Of a DNA stretch of 64,000 nt, positions 11,700 to 24,869 are shown piece by piece (the first letter of the stretch is position 1; every line of letters begins with the position of its first letter). The notes below the pieces were generated by a model. That model was given only the letters and a program-made list of their open reading frames with translations, was not told where the DNA came from and made no database searches. The position numbers and the translations under genes were made by a program. This DNA is from Chiloscyllium plagiosum (taxonomy: Eukaryota). The stretch is taken from the NCBI RefSeq assembly GCF_004010195.1, contig NC_057719.1, positions 81,576,340-81,640,339 on the forward strand. Direction: 5' to 3'.

Positions 11700-13183
11700 A
11701 GAGACACGACCTGCCCTTGACAAAATCATGTTGACTATCTCCAATCAAATTGTTGCTTGCTAGATGATTATAAATTCTATCTCTTACAATCCTTTCTAAA
11801 ACATTTCCTATAACAGATGTAAAGCTCACTGGTTTATAATTACCTGGGTCATCTCTACTGCCCTTCCTGATCAAGGGCACAACATTTGCAATCCTCCAAT
11901 CCTCTAGTATTAAACCTGTAGACAATGATGACTCAAAGATCAAGGCCAAAGGCTCCACCACCTCCTCCCTAGCTTCCCAGAGAATCCTGGGATAAATCTC
12001 ATCCGGCCCAGGGGACTTATTACTTTCACACCTCCTCGAATTGATAACACCTCCTCCTTACTAACCTCAATCCTTTCTAGTCTAATAGCCTCTATCTCAG
12101 TCTTCTCCTCTAAAATATTCTCCTTTTCCTGAGTGAAAACAGATGAGAAATATAAATTTAGCAACTCTCCAATCTCCCTAGGGTCCACACACAACTTCCC
12201 ACTTCTGTCTTTCACTGGCCCTATTCCTACCCTAGTCATCCTTTTATTCCTCACATACCTATAGAAAGCTTTAGGGTTCTCCTTTATTCTACCTCTAAAG
12301 ACCGCTTATGTCCCCTTCTTGCTCTTCTTAACTCTCTCTTTAAATCCTTCCTAGCTAATTTACATCTCCATTGCTTCACCTGAACCATCTCATCTCAACA
12401 TCACATAAGCCTCCGTCTTCCGTTTAACAAGCGACACAATTTCTTTAGTAAACCACAGTTCTCTTACCCTGTCACTTCCTCCCTGTCTGACAGGGACATA
12501 CCTATCAAAGACAAGCAATATCTGTTCCTTAAACCAGCTCCACATTTCGAATGCCACCATCCCCTGCACTTTGCTACCCCATTCTATGCATCCTAAGTCT
12601 TCCTAATTGCCCTTCCCCCGTCAATAATTCTTGCCCTGTGGCATGTACTTATTCCTTTCCATTGCTAAACTAAACATAATCGAATTATGGTCATTCTCTC
12701 CAAAGTGCTCATCTACCACTAAATCAAACACCTGGCCTGGTTCATTACCAAGTACCAGATCCAGTGTGGCCTCCCCTCATGTTGGACCTTCGACATATTG
12801 TGTCAGGAAACCCTCCTGTACACATTGGACAAAAACTGATCCATCCAATGTACTAGAGTTATAGTCAATGTTGGGGAAGTTAAAGTCCCCCATAATGACC
12901 ACCCTGTTCCTTTCACTCCTCCCCAGAATCCTTTTGCCAATCCTCTACTCCACATCCCTGGAACTTTGCGGAGGCCTATAAAAAACTCCAAGCAGTGTGA
13001 CCTCTCCTTTCCTATTTCTAACCTCAGCCCATACCTCCTCAGTAGACAAGTCCTCATCAAAAGTTCTTTCAGCCACCATTATACTGTCCTTGACTAACAA
13101 AGCCACACCTCCCCCTCATTTACCACCTTCTCTGATCTTAATGAAAGATTAAACCCTGAACCTGCAACATCCATTCCTGACCT
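11700..13183 (-). mobile_element. CR1/HER1 LINE ORF2 fragment (endonuclease to RT start), degenerate
   Basis: ORFs read EDWRIANVVPL.RKG.RDDPGNYKPVS.TSV, QHDFVKGRSCL and an endonuclease GDFNFP segment. Confidence 0.9.
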
Positions 13184-13260
13184 TGGGTGAGTTTGTGAGA
13201 GAGAATTCCTGAACTTGTCTGCAATATTACATTATAACGTATAACTGAAGGAGGATGTTA

Positions 13261-13570
13261 TGGTGGCTCAGTGGTTAGCACTGCTGCCTCACAGCGCCAG
13301 GGACCAGAGTTTGATTCCCACCTTGGGCGACTGTGTGTGTGGAGTTTGCACATTCTCCCCATGAATGTGCGGGTTTCTTCCCACAGTCCAAAGATGTGCA
13401 GGTTAGGTGAGATTGTCCATGCTAAATTGTCCATAGTGTTTAGGGATGTGTAGGTTAGGTGCATTAGTCAGGGGAATGGGTCTGGGTGGGTTAATCTTCA
13501 GAGGGTTGGTGTGGACTTGTTGGGCCAAATGGCCTGTTTCCACACCATAGGTATTCTTTGATTCTATGAT
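13261..13570 (+). mobile_element. HE1 tRNA-derived SINE
   Basis: ggtggctcagtggttagcactgctgcctcacagcgccagggac...tggagtttgcacattctcccc...ggcctgtttccacac...attctatga. Confidence 0.88.
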
Positions 13571-13724
13571 GTGAAGCATTACCTGGGAGGAGATATCTCT
13601 ATTTCAGCAGTCTCCTACATAAATGCCTGCTCTACAGTAATTTTGATTAAGGTTTTAAGTTCTGTTTAGTAGCTGTAACTAGCTGTAGGTGCAAATGTCA
13701 TGATGTTCTTTTGTTTGATCACAG

Positions 13725-13826
13725 AGAGCGGATGGCAAAGGCAGCACAAACTTCAAAAGGACCAAAACAAAGGAACAAATTCTTCAGGTCTTTATCGACT
13801 TTGTCAATGGAAACAAGAAAATTGTG
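13725..13826 (+). CDS. ITPKA: Inositol-trisphosphate 3-kinase A, coding exon (RADGKGSTNFKRTKTKEQILQVFIDFVNGNKKIV)
   Basis: ttgtttgatcacag| ... |gtaggt; 102 nt, phase 0-0; resembles the IP3K segment KADGSCSTDFKTTRSREQV... Confidence 0.9.
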
Positions 13827-13936
13827 GTAGGTTATCATCAATGCAAGGATTGAAACTCCAAATATAGGAGGAAAAACACAGACGTAAAGAATTAAAGAGC
13901 TATTAAAAAGGGTTGATTGGTCAACATATGGACTAA

Positions 13937-14257
13937 GACACAAAAACGCTGCAGATGCTGGAATCCAAGGTAGATGAGCAGGAGACTGGAACAACACAGT
14001 GAACCAGGCAGCCTCCCCTCCATTCCTCTGACCAACCCTTCCTTCCAGCTACCAATCGGATTCATCCCTTCCATCGACCAACCAGATCGTACCCTCTACC
14101 TGTGTTCACCTATCACTACCTCACCATCGCACACTGCTCCCCCCCCCACCCCCCTTTATCTGCAGCTCCCCTTACACCCACCCCCAGCCCTAAAGAAGGG
14201 TTAGACCCAATGCTGCCCATTATGCTGTGTTCTTCCAGCCTCCTGCTCATTTACAAT
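13937..14257. mobile_element. Penelope-like terminal-repeat fold-back insertion with 11-bp TSD
   Basis: TSD atatggactaa (13926-13936 / 14258-14268); inverted ends; degenerate hammerhead remnant ctaaagaagggttagaccc. Confidence 0.65.
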
Positions 14258-14282
14258 ATATGGACTAAAACATCATCATAAA

Positions 14283-14848
14283 AACACATGCTCTCTCACA
14301 CACTCACTTTTTCACCCACTTCTCTTTCTCTCTCTCTCGCACTAATACTTGCTCTCCCATGCCCATTCTCTCACTTGCATACTCGCTCTAAGCATACATG
14401 CTCTTTCATGCAGTCTCTTGTCCACTCGCTACCTCTTTATCACACACAGATATTCTTCACATACGTGTCTCTTTCACACCTCTCTGTCCCTCTCATGCAT
14501 GTGCTGTCTTACACACAATCTCACATACACTCCCCCTCACAAAAATGCTCTCTGACATATGTTTTCCCATACACCCACTCTCTCTCACACACACACACTC
14601 CCCCCATGCATGCGCACACACACCATCTCCCCCTCACATACACACACACACAGTCTTTCTCACACTCACACTCTCTCACACGCACACACTGTCACACACT
14701 GTCTCTCTTACATGTTGTCTTACACACTTTCTCATATATGTTCTTCTCACACACACTCTCTTTCACACACACAATCACACAAACCTCTCTCTCTTGCACA
14801 TATGCTCTCTCTCATACGCACATGCTCTCTTTCTGTGTCTCACTCACC
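14283..14848. repeat. Low-complexity (CA)/(CT) degenerate microsatellite
   Basis: Directly visible; explains the spurious His/Thr/Ser-rich ORFs. Confidence 0.9.
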
Positions 14849-15192
14849 AATAGATTTGCCAGCACTTCTGACCAGACTGGGAAAGTGAAATGGCACCAGC
14901 TCATTGTTTTTCATATATTCCTATTCCTGCAACCAGCCATAATGTGAGCGGAGTGAAGCTGTTTGAATATTGGAAGCATCACCCAATCTCCAGGAGAAGG
15001 TGGTGCTGCTGGAGGGCATAGTGGACCAGGAGCAGGGACTCTAGCTGATTCCCAATCTGTAGTCTATAGAATCTGGGGCCACAGGCAGTGCAACCATCCA
15101 CCACCAACTGAGGCCTGCGCAGACCAGGGACAGTTTCTGTTTGATCTCAACCCCCATTGATGTATTAACCTCTGCTTTGTTTGCACCTGAAG

Positions 15193-15264
15193 CAAGCCTA
15201 CATGACAAGACTAATGGAGATTCGGAAAGCTCTGGAAACGTCGGAGTTCTTCAAAAGGCACGAG
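15193..15264 (+). CDS. ITPKA: Inositol-trisphosphate 3-kinase A, coding exon (QAYMTRLMEIRKALETSEFFKRHE)
   Basis: tttgcacctgaag| ... |gtaggg; 72 nt, phase 0-0; matches the IP3K motif LExSEFFxRHE. Confidence 0.92.
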
Positions 15265-15284
15265 GTAGGGATCACGGAATTGCA

Positions 15285-15798
15285 GTGGTTAAGGGTTCTG
15301 GCCTCCCTATTATAGGAAGGATATTGCTAAACCTGAGAGGGTTCAGAAGAGATTTACCAGGATGTTACTGGGAATGGAGGGTTTGAGTCATAAGGACAGC
15401 TGGATAGGCCAGGACATTTTTCAATGGAGCGTAAGTGGTTGAGAGGTGACCTTACAGAGGTTTATAAAATCATAAGGTGTCATATGTCAGGTGTCTTTTT
15501 CCTAGGCGAGGGAATCTCAAGACTAGCAGCATGTTTTTAGAGTGAAAGGAGAAAGATTTGAACAAGAAATGGGGGCAATATTTTTACACAGAGAGTGGTT
15601 CGTGTGTGGAATGAACTTCCAGAGGAAGCGGTGGATGCGGACACAGTCACAATATTTAAAAGACAGTTGGACAAGTTCATGAATAGGGAAGGTTTGGAGG
15701 GATATGGGCCAAACGCAGCCAGGTGGAACTAGTTTAGTTTGGGAACATGGTCAGCGTGGACTCGTTGGACCGAAGGGTCTGTTCCATGCTGTATGACT
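15285..15798 (+). mobile_element. CR1/HER1 LINE 3' end
   Basis: agggttcagaagagatttaccaggatgtt...ttttacacagagagtggtt...ggaccgaagggtctgttccatgctgtatgactc. Confidence 0.85.
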
Positions 15799-16159
15799 CG
15801 AAGTACCCCTCCTAAAGTTTGAGCAGATAATCAAGGCTGAGAGCTCACTGCTCAAGCTGCTGTCTTTCATATGAGACATTAAATCAAGACTTAGTTCATC
15901 CTGTTTTAAAGAAGGGCAAGGGAAGTTCACATCTCCCATGCCCTTGGTAATATTTATCTCCTCACCAACATAATTGAAAATTACAAACCTAGTCATTGTC
16001 GTCTTGGTGTTTAGGGGATCTTGCTTCGTGCAAGTTCATGATAACATTCCCAAAATTGCATCATGTTGAAAATTACTTAGTTGACTATTAAAGCACCTTT
16101 GGAGATTTCTGAGGATGTGAAAGGTACTATATCATTGCAGGTCTTTCCCTGTCCAAACT

Positions 16160-16430
16160 TACACCACCCTCTCAAACACCCCCAGCGCGCCTCAAACACC
16201 CCCTTCACAATTCCCCCACCCCACCCACATCCCCAGTTTCCACCCGCTCCAACCTTCCAACCCTACAACCCCGTCAAGTACCCCATCTCATCTAATCCCT
16301 GGTCAGGTCCAGCACCGCAACCCTCCCCCCCACCACCAACCGACCCTCCATCTCTCCTCCAACCCTGTACACCACAACTCTCTACCCTCCCCAGACCTCC
16401 CACAACACTTGCACCAATCCCCCACCCAAA
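16160..16430. repeat. C-rich low-complexity tract
   Basis: Directly visible. Confidence 0.8.
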
Positions 16431-16585
16431 TGCCCTGTTGTTTTAATTTAGTCCTTTAACATCCCAACTCATTCTGGTTGAAACCTTTTATTTTTAAATC
16501 TCGACATGTAAGCGCCGTGGTTATTTTCTCTGTCTTGCACCTGAGTTTTCTGACCTTCGCCCTTCACCTCTACATGGTGCTGCAG

Positions 16586-16783
16586 GTTATCGGGAGCTCC
16601 TTGCTGTTCATACATGACAAGAACGAGGTGGCAAAGGTGTGGCTGATCGACTTTGGGAAGACCACCAGGCTGCCAAGCGGAAAGACTCTTAATCACCGTC
16701 TGTTCTGGGAGGAAGGCAACAGGGAAGATGGCTACCTCCTGGGGCTTGACAATATGATCGCCATTGCATCCAGCATTTTGTGA
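16586..16783 (+). CDS. ITPKA: Inositol-trisphosphate 3-kinase A, terminal coding exon ([11 protein letters not shown]...IDFGKT...[22 protein letters not shown])
   Basis: Acceptor tgctgcag|; SSLL and IDFG catalytic motifs; TGA at 16781-16783. Confidence 0.95.
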   Translation, partial: VIGSSLLFIHDKNEVAKVWLIDFGKTTRLPSGKTLNHRLFWEEGNREDGYLLGLDNMIAIASSIL

Positions 16784-17269
16784 TGCTAGGCCAAATTCCT
16801 CCTTTTCCATTGGGCAGTAGGAATATTGTACGGGGCCAGCCTCCCTCGACCTGGATGCGCGCTGCTGTTCAAAGCGGTGAGGGAACAAAGAAAGAGAGAG
16901 GACATTTTGGCGAGATGCAACTGAGGTTTCCCCACTGCCGGTGGGCTTTCTCTTGGGTGACTTTGTGTCTTTAATTGGACCCAGACTGTGAATGGGACGC
17001 ACAAAGGTATCAGAATGGTGGAGGTGACGCTCTTATCTCGTGGGAAATATGGTTGCTATTCACTGTGGAACTGTTACAAATGGTTACTCTCGGGTTTGGC
17101 TTGAAATAATATTTGAAGGACAATTGCAATTAGATTCTGCTCATGGATGATATCAATGCAAAGCAAGAAAGTTTGTGGGCGCTCTCCTGAAAGATAAGGT
17201 GACTTCCCCCTCACCTCGCACCTCACAATGTCCAGGTCTAAAGCAGAAGTGGCCAACACAGGAAAGAGT

Positions 17270-18310
17270 AAACGGGGAACTGCAGGCCTGGTGTATGTTA
17301 TCGTAAAATCCTAGAATCTATTATAAAGGAAGTGAGTACTAGATATTCAGAAGTACTTGTCTGATTAGGCTGATGCAACATGGACTTAGGATGAGTGGAT
17401 ATGTTTGACAAGGTTGATAGCTTTTTGAGGATGTTATGAGCAGAGTTGATTAAGGGAGAACCAATAAATATGGGGTATTTGGATTTTCAGTAGACTTTGA
17501 TTAAGTCCCACACAAGGTATTTGTAAACAATGAAAGTGTTTGGGATTGGGGCTATTATAGTAACATGGCTTCCAGACAAAAAGTAGAGATTAGGGATAAA
17601 TGGCTCATTCTCCAATATGACAAGTGGGGACCACAAGGGTCAGTGCTTGAGCTCCAACTATTCACAATCTATATCAATGACTCTGATGTGGGGTCAATTG
17701 TAATACAGCAAATTCTCTGTAATCGAGATTCCAAGCATCCAGAATGGGGACTTTAGTGGCATTAGCAACCAGAAAGGATTAATAGTTCAAGAATGACTTT
17801 ATCAAAAAAGACAACATCACTTATCATGGCCAGATATACCAGGATTTAAAAGTGGCTTGTTTTTTAAAATGCACCTTCATCTTGTGGCAGCAACAGGACC
17901 AGTTCTCCCAGCAGCCACTTGTATTCCTCATGAAACCAGCAGATTCAGCTAACCAGCTTCTCTCCATTTCCCTGTGTGGGCTGGTTACTCTATTGGCAGG
18001 TGCAGCTGACACAAAACCTGAGAGCCGTGAGGATTTACACAGGCTGAACATGATAGGCAAGAGCCTGTAGATAAGTGTGAGGTTATCCACTTGGTAGGAA
18101 CAATTCAGGTGAAGAGTATTTCATAAATAGTGAGTAGTTGTGAAATGCTGATGTCCAAAGAGGTCGAGGTGCCCTTGTTCATGTAGGTGTAGCCAGCAGT
18201 TCAGAAGATAAACAGTCTTTACTGCAAGAGGGTTTGTGAACAGGAACAAATAAAGACCTCATTTGGAATATTATATCCGGTTCTAGTTGCCTTCCCTAAG
18301 GTAGGATAGA
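17270..18310 (+). mobile_element. Highly decayed CR1 reverse transcriptase fragment(s)
   Basis: Remnants of YLDFQ..FDKVPH and GPQGSVLELQLFTIYIND. Confidence 0.7.
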
Positions 18311-18330
18311 TTTTGAATGATTCCGCATCC

Positions 18331-18500
18331 TTCACTATAACACTGATATACTCCACACCCCTCATTATAACACTGATATATTCCACACCCCTCGCTGTAA
18401 CATCGATATACCCCACACCCCTCACTCTAACACCGATACACTCCACACCCTTCACTGTAACATGAATCTACATCACACCCCTCACTATAACACTGATACC
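18331..18500. repeat. 30-bp minisatellite, about 5.7 copies (ctcactataacactgatatactccacaccc)
   Basis: Exact 30-nt periodicity visible. Confidence 0.92.
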
Positions 18501-19147
18501 CTTTACTGGTGTTCCCTATATTCTCACTATAGTACACTCCATACATCACCTACACTCCCTGGCATAACAGCCCAGTCTGTAGTATTGCTGCTAACAGATG
18601 CTACTCCATTGTATAATGCACATTTCATGTTGATTACTGACATAAAATCAGTGACTTCACTTTTGATTCATTGTCTGTGATTTGGAATGTTCTTATTTGA
18701 CAGACACGATGTGGATCCCAAGCTCGTCCTTTACTTTCACTTCCTCAGGAGACTGTTCAAAACTGAGTGATACTTCTGTCTTGGCTTCCCAGTAATTTTC
18801 TGCAGCTCACTGCCTGGAAAAGGGGTTATTTCTGAATAGAGCTGTCTACTTGGATTATGCTTTATTTATATCCCATACACCAAGTATGGAACACAGCATG
18901 GTTTACTTAATGAGGTCTGAGTGGAAGGATATCATGAGTGTCACATAACATGCAAGTGCTCCATTTCACCTTCTCTCATTGATTATCACTGTCATATTTT
19001 CTGCAGCGATAAGGAGATTTGGGTTATTGATGAGTTATTTGTATTATTATGGGAAATCTCTTCCATGTGTCACATCTCTCATATGCAGCTTACAAAAACA
19101 GGAACAGCTGGAGATGTCAATTCGCCCCCCTCAAGCAAGTCCATCAT

Positions 19148-19379
19148 CCAGGAGACAGTGAGGTCTGAAGATGCTGGAGATCAGAGTTGAGAGTGTGTTG
19201 CTGGATAAGCATGGCAGGTCAGGCAGCATCCGAAGAGCAGGAAAATCAACGTTTCAGGCATAAAGCCTTCAGGAATGAGGCCTCATTCCTGATGAAGGGC
19301 TCTGGCCCGAAACGTTGATTTTCCTGCACCTTTTCTGCTGCCTTACCTGCTGCGCTTTTCCAGCAACACATTCTCAACC
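19148..19379. mobile_element. Palindromic Penelope-like terminal-repeat element with hammerhead core and 12-bp TSD
   Basis: TSD caagtccatcat (19136-19147 / 19380-19391); arms fold back around aggaatgagg|cctcattcct. Confidence 0.8.
19286..19320 (+). ncRNA. Minimal hammerhead ribozyme motif
   Basis: UUC-CUGAUGA-A-GGGC-(UCUG)-GCCC-GAAAC-GUU-GAUU. Confidence 0.7.
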
Positions 19380-22300
19380 CAAGTCCATCATTCAGTTAAC
19401 TCATGACCAATCTGTACTACAGTCCATCTACCTAACTACCTCTATACCCCTGATTTACCCTGATCAAACAACAATCTATTAATCTCAGCCTTAGAAATTC
19501 CAGATAACGCACCGCATATTAGGGAGATGGTTGCAAACGCTGCACTTTTTGCAAATTTTGCCTTTTGCACCGAGCCTGTCCTCATTTGGGCCCCTTCCTC
19601 TTCCTCCATCTCCAACAAAAGTATTGACAAAAAACATTTTCCAACACCTTTCAGTTCTGAAGAAGGGTTATACTGGACTCGAGGTGTTAACACTGATTTT
19701 CCTTTCTCCAGAAGCTGCCAGACCTGCTGAGTTTCTCCAGCAGTTTCTGTGTTTGTCACAGCTACAAATTTCCCTTTTTTTGATGGAATGAGCTTCCTGT
19801 TTTCCTTTTTAAATAACCTAGATCTTATTTTAGGATCGTGGTTCCTGTGTTCTGATGTTCCCTCATCAGAAGAAATTGCTTTTCCTTACATACCCTGATG
19901 AATTCCATGATCACTTTAGACGATTTGACCAGTTCATCCCTCACCAATCCGAACCAAACAGGATAGCAGCCAGCCTGTCTTCACAATTTAATCCTCTCAG
20001 CCAAAAGTATCGTCATTTCCGGGGCCAGTTCCTGAGATCTGATGTCGGAAAACCAATGTGTAGAACCTTCACTGCCAGCTTCTCCCTGAAATGGTGTTAT
20101 CCACATCACTTTCCTCTGCCACTCTCATGACATTTATTTTCACACAGAGCAAGGTGAGTGTCTAGAACAGGCTGCCAGAGGTAGTGGTGGAGGCGTGTAC
20201 AATTTTATCATTTTAAGAAACATTTAGACAGGTACATGGATGGAGCTAGGAATGAAGGGATATGGACCAAACAGAGGCAAATGGGACTAGATTAATTGTG
20301 AGAACTGGGCAGCATGGCCAGGTTGGGCCAAAGGGCCTCTTTCCATGAAGTAGACCTCTGAGGTTGGCCGATCCCCCAAAGGTTTATTCTTCTTGAAAAC
20401 ACAGACTGATCCAATTATCCTGAGATGGCACCAATTTGACAACCTGTCCAGGTGAAGTCTCACTGCTTGGACTCAGCTGGGATGGTGATCCGTTATAAGC
20501 TACCTTTCAATGAAGTTTAAATCCAGAATTATTTGCCAGGGATATACTATCAGGCTGAATGGTAGAAGTAATCAAATTCAGAAATGAGGAGAAATAAGGA
20601 TCTCTCTCCTAATCCACAGTGTTTCCATTACTGAGAGGGTACCCTGTGATTTGGCAGATTACTGGCAGTCAACGGGTTTAACTCATGTCAGTTCCTAGAC
20701 ATTTAAGGCCTTTCAGCCCATACTGCATATGCCAGGTCCCAATCCCTTGCACTGTCCTCATGGCATTGTATTTATTTTCCTTTTCAAGTATTTACCCAGT
20801 TCCATTTTAAAAGTTGCCAATAAATCTGCTTCTGACACTCTCTCAGACGATATAATCTGGATCACACCAGAACAATTTCTCCTTATTTCTCCCTCTGATT
20901 TCTAAATCTGAGGCCTCTTGTCCCTCGTGTAAATGAAACTGTTTCTCCACATAAACAGTTTCAACATAAACAGTTTCAAACACCTCACACCTTGTCTCTT
21001 ATCCCATTCAAAATGGCTGCCGGGATAGGTAAACAATTTCTGAAGTGATAAATTCTTCACACCCACAATGAGGGACACTATAGCCAGTGTTCTCACTGGA
21101 TCCTAAATCTTGTTTTTAATATTTGCTATCCTGGGCAAGTGTCACTGGAATTTATTGCTCATCCCTAGTTTTCCCAGCTAACAACTTGTGAGACCACTTC
21201 TAGGTAGTTAACCAAATTGGTAGGATAGGGTTTACATTTCTATAGCGCCTTTCCCCTCGGTGCGTCCCTGAGCACTTTACAGCCAATATAGCGGTTTTGA
21301 AGGGTAATGCTGTGAAGGCTGTGATATAGGAACTTGAGCTATTCTTCTTATGAGTGAACTCTTTCGGATTTTGCAACTATCCAACAGCTTCCTGGTAACT
21401 GGCATGATTTTTAAAAAAAATTGTGCTTGTGGTCTCAAACTGTCACAGCAGGATTTGAACTCATGTTAACAGTCCAGGGAATCACTGCAACACGTCAGAG
21501 TTGCTGCACATCAAGGAGGAAGCATTCACAGAGAATGAGGGATTGGTGACTCACTCAAAGGATGGCACCACAAGGTGACAAGTGGAGAAACTTTCATAGA
21601 GAGGGTAAAACCTTGGGGGGAAAAAAGAGAGACAGTGTGAATCAATAGGAGCAGAGAGAATCAGAGGAGAAAAAAACTGATTTGGAGAGAAATAAAATGG
21701 AGAAAAGTTGAAAGCCAAAAGTCTTTATTTTATATAGCCCTTCAGTACTGTGCCTGGAGTGGTTTGGTCATTTTCTTCTCTCTGCTGTTTTAGTTCCATA
21801 ATCTGTGGTCCATTTTCTCTCTTCTGGGAATAGAATTCCATGAACTTAAAACAAATTTTTAGGAAAAAATGCACCCTGATGGGCTCAAAAGTGTTAACCA
21901 CAAATGCACGGTCTCACCCTCCATGAGGAATGAATTTGAGTGCGTCTCTCAATGCAGAAATGCATTCGAAAATCCAGTTCCCAATCCTGCACAGATCAGT
22001 CCAAGAATCATTCGGGGAGCCACAACTATAGTATTGCTCAGGTCAGACCATAGTTCTTCAACTTCAAAAGAAGGCATTAGAAGTCTCCTGATCCAATCCT
22101 GTATGCATTATCACTTCTGTATGTTGTAAGGTGATATGGGATTCAAAGTCAATGCGAACTGCACAGAGCTTTGCTGGAAACCAAAACAAAATCCTGGAAT
22201 CTTGCAGTATAGAGACATAATTGTGAATTTTCTAGTGTATGTTTCAAGTGGGAATGTAAAGTATTCTGAGGAATCTCTACTGTACATTACTGAACACTAC

Positions 22301-24869
22301 TGATAATTATTGGTGTGACTTTTTTTCTGACTGAGTTTAGGACATATGCTGTACAATAAATCATTCATGTATATACTGTGTTTTGCAATAATATTTGCTG
22401 CTATCTCTGTGACCTCTCGCAGCCTTAACCCTTCTATAATTTCCTGGTAAGTCTTTATCTAATCTTCAAGACTTTCCAAGTTTGGCACCATTCCCTGCCC
22501 AGAGACTTGACCCTGTACCCCAGTATAACATACCTTGATGAAAAGCTTGCCAATGTATGGGCCATACCTTAACCTCATTACAAAACAATTCAGGAAACAG
22601 ATATTTCCTGGAAGAGATCACAGATACAGATATTTCCTGTCTTTTCATCTTCTTGAGCTTTGGAAGAAACCAAGGATTTATCAATAACTGCCAAACTACA
22701 GCGAGGTGATAGTCCCCTGAGGAGCTTAAGACCCATCTCATAAGAATTTGCTTCTAAGTGCCCTCAGCATATCTTATTAACAGTGCTTGAAGTATTAAAG
22801 GGACAGGCCAGGCTCTAACTTGGCAGAATGCAACATTTGGTGCACTGTGTAATATAACAGTCTTAATCATTGTGAAACAATCCATTTGCTGACTTAATGT
22901 GAAAAGTAGGGAATGTAGACTCAAACTAAAGGTGCTGACCAAATGATGAAATTCAAGATGATGTAACTGATTGCATGACCCTGACATCAGCAAAAGAGAC
23001 AATACCAGTCCAGAGTGAGCATGCGGAGAGAGAGGTCTAGGACTCTGCACTAGAGAACCATATGTGAGAATCCACAATGTACAGATGGAAATAAAGAAAT
23101 GTTACAGTATATAAAGAGATGACAAGCCTTATTTAGAGACACAAAAGAATCAGTATGTGCAGATGGTACTCCAGACTGGTAGCTCTCTGTGCAGGTAGCT
23201 GGGCTGGCTTGAAGTAAAGCAAACCACATCAGATGACACTCTTTATGAGTTCCAATTCAGATCACAACACACTGTGGTATGTGGTAAGTAGTTCATTTAT
23301 TAGTGAAGCAGTAATTATAAATTCAGACACTGTTACATGATTAGTGCTTGAATGTTTCAGTGGATTGTTATCTCAAAGAGCAGTATTAGGAAAACAAAAC
23401 TATTAACAAGCATAAAGTAGAAACGTGCTCATATCTAGCGCACATACCAACTTGATTTAATCTTCACGACACAATTGATGTGGCTGTACTTAACTGTATC
23501 ATTCTTGAATCATCAGGCAACTTTATTGATGCAATTCTACTCCCTAATAATGGCTAAAGAGGTTCGCACTTGATGCAAAACAGCCACATAAGTGACTGTC
23601 GAAGTGCTAGGCTTAATGTAGCAGAATGTCATTGTCTTTGGCTAGTGCAGTACTGTACACAGTTAGTTATTGTCATGAGTACCCCACTTGGAGGGACAAA
23701 GAAAGTACTTGCATTTTTATGCCTTCCATGACCTCAAGACATACCAAAGTGTCTTACAGCAAATTACTTTTCTCAGTCTAGTCACTTTGTAATGTAGGAA
23801 GTTCAGCAACCAAGTTACACACAGCAAGTCCCACAAATAGCGTTATGACAGTGACAAGATGTTCTTGTCAGCTGAGATATAAATGTTTGTCAGGACACCA
23901 GCAAACCCATCTGCTGTTCTCTGAAACAGTGCCATAGATCATTTTAGATCTACCCGAGAGAGTTGGGCAATAAATTCCATTTGAAGTCATAAGATTCTAG
24001 TGCATAGCTCGCCAGCAGAAAACTGCATGCATGCTGCATTGGAAATACGTCACTGGAGTTTACCAATCTGCTAGGCTTGAACATCCAAATAGTGTTTCAC
24101 CAGCCCATATGCCATCTCTGGTTTTGCAATGCATCCATGAACTGAGTGGGTGTCATTTACTTCTCTACAATGGTATCACAACCAAACTAAGACACTAAGC
24201 GTAACCCAGATTTTCACACTGTGGCACTTCCCAGAAGGAGCAGTGGATCAGAGTTTCACTGACAAGGCCAACATTTATTGCAGATTCTGAATTGTTTTTG
24301 AAAAGGTAGCCGCAGTGCACATGTGAGATGCTCCCACAATGCTATTAAATACAGAGTTCCAAAATTATTGTACTGGTAACAATAAAAGAATACACATTTC
24401 CAAAATAAAGATAATTTGTAAACCCAAACTTTGAAGATTACGAGCTTCACTTGTGTCTTGGTCTTCCTAAATGGTACAGCCTTTGCTAAATTGGAGTCTT
24501 CAGGATAAATTTGCACAATTTATTTCCTGAAAATGCTAAAACTCTTTTAGACTTCTGTACAATTAATTCTAATGAGGAGACTGGATTCAACAACTTCCTC
24601 ACAGATTGATAAATTTATGAGCATTTTATCCCAGTGAGAGGGTTCTATTCCAGTTATGATTTGACCCACCCCATTGCATTGTGCAGTATTCTCCCTGAAA
24701 TAGCTCATTAATATTGTGTCTTCACAGCCAGAGTATGGGCAATTTATCCTTCCAGTTGAGGTAGAATTTCATTCTTTTCTGTCTCTCTCAGTAGAGTTTC
24801 TTCCATCCTGTGATTTCCATCTGACATCAGCTCCACTCCTACAGAATTCCAAAGGCAGCTCAATCTACA

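Noticed and set aside
13261..13330. tRNA-like sequence (and similar heads elsewhere)
   Set aside because: These are 5' heads of HE1 SINEs, continuous with the SINE body and a LINE-derived tail, not tRNA genes.
14288..14947. 219-aa and overlapping His/Thr/Ser/Leu-rich ORFs
   Set aside because: They are translations of a CA/CT low-complexity tract.
16081..16446. 121-aa Pro-rich ORF
   Set aside because: It derives from a C-rich intronic low-complexity tract.
18331..18500. 30-bp periodic repeats as a CRISPR-like array (also 55884-56210)
   Set aside because: They are head-to-tail units with no unique spacers, in vertebrate DNA with no cas genes.
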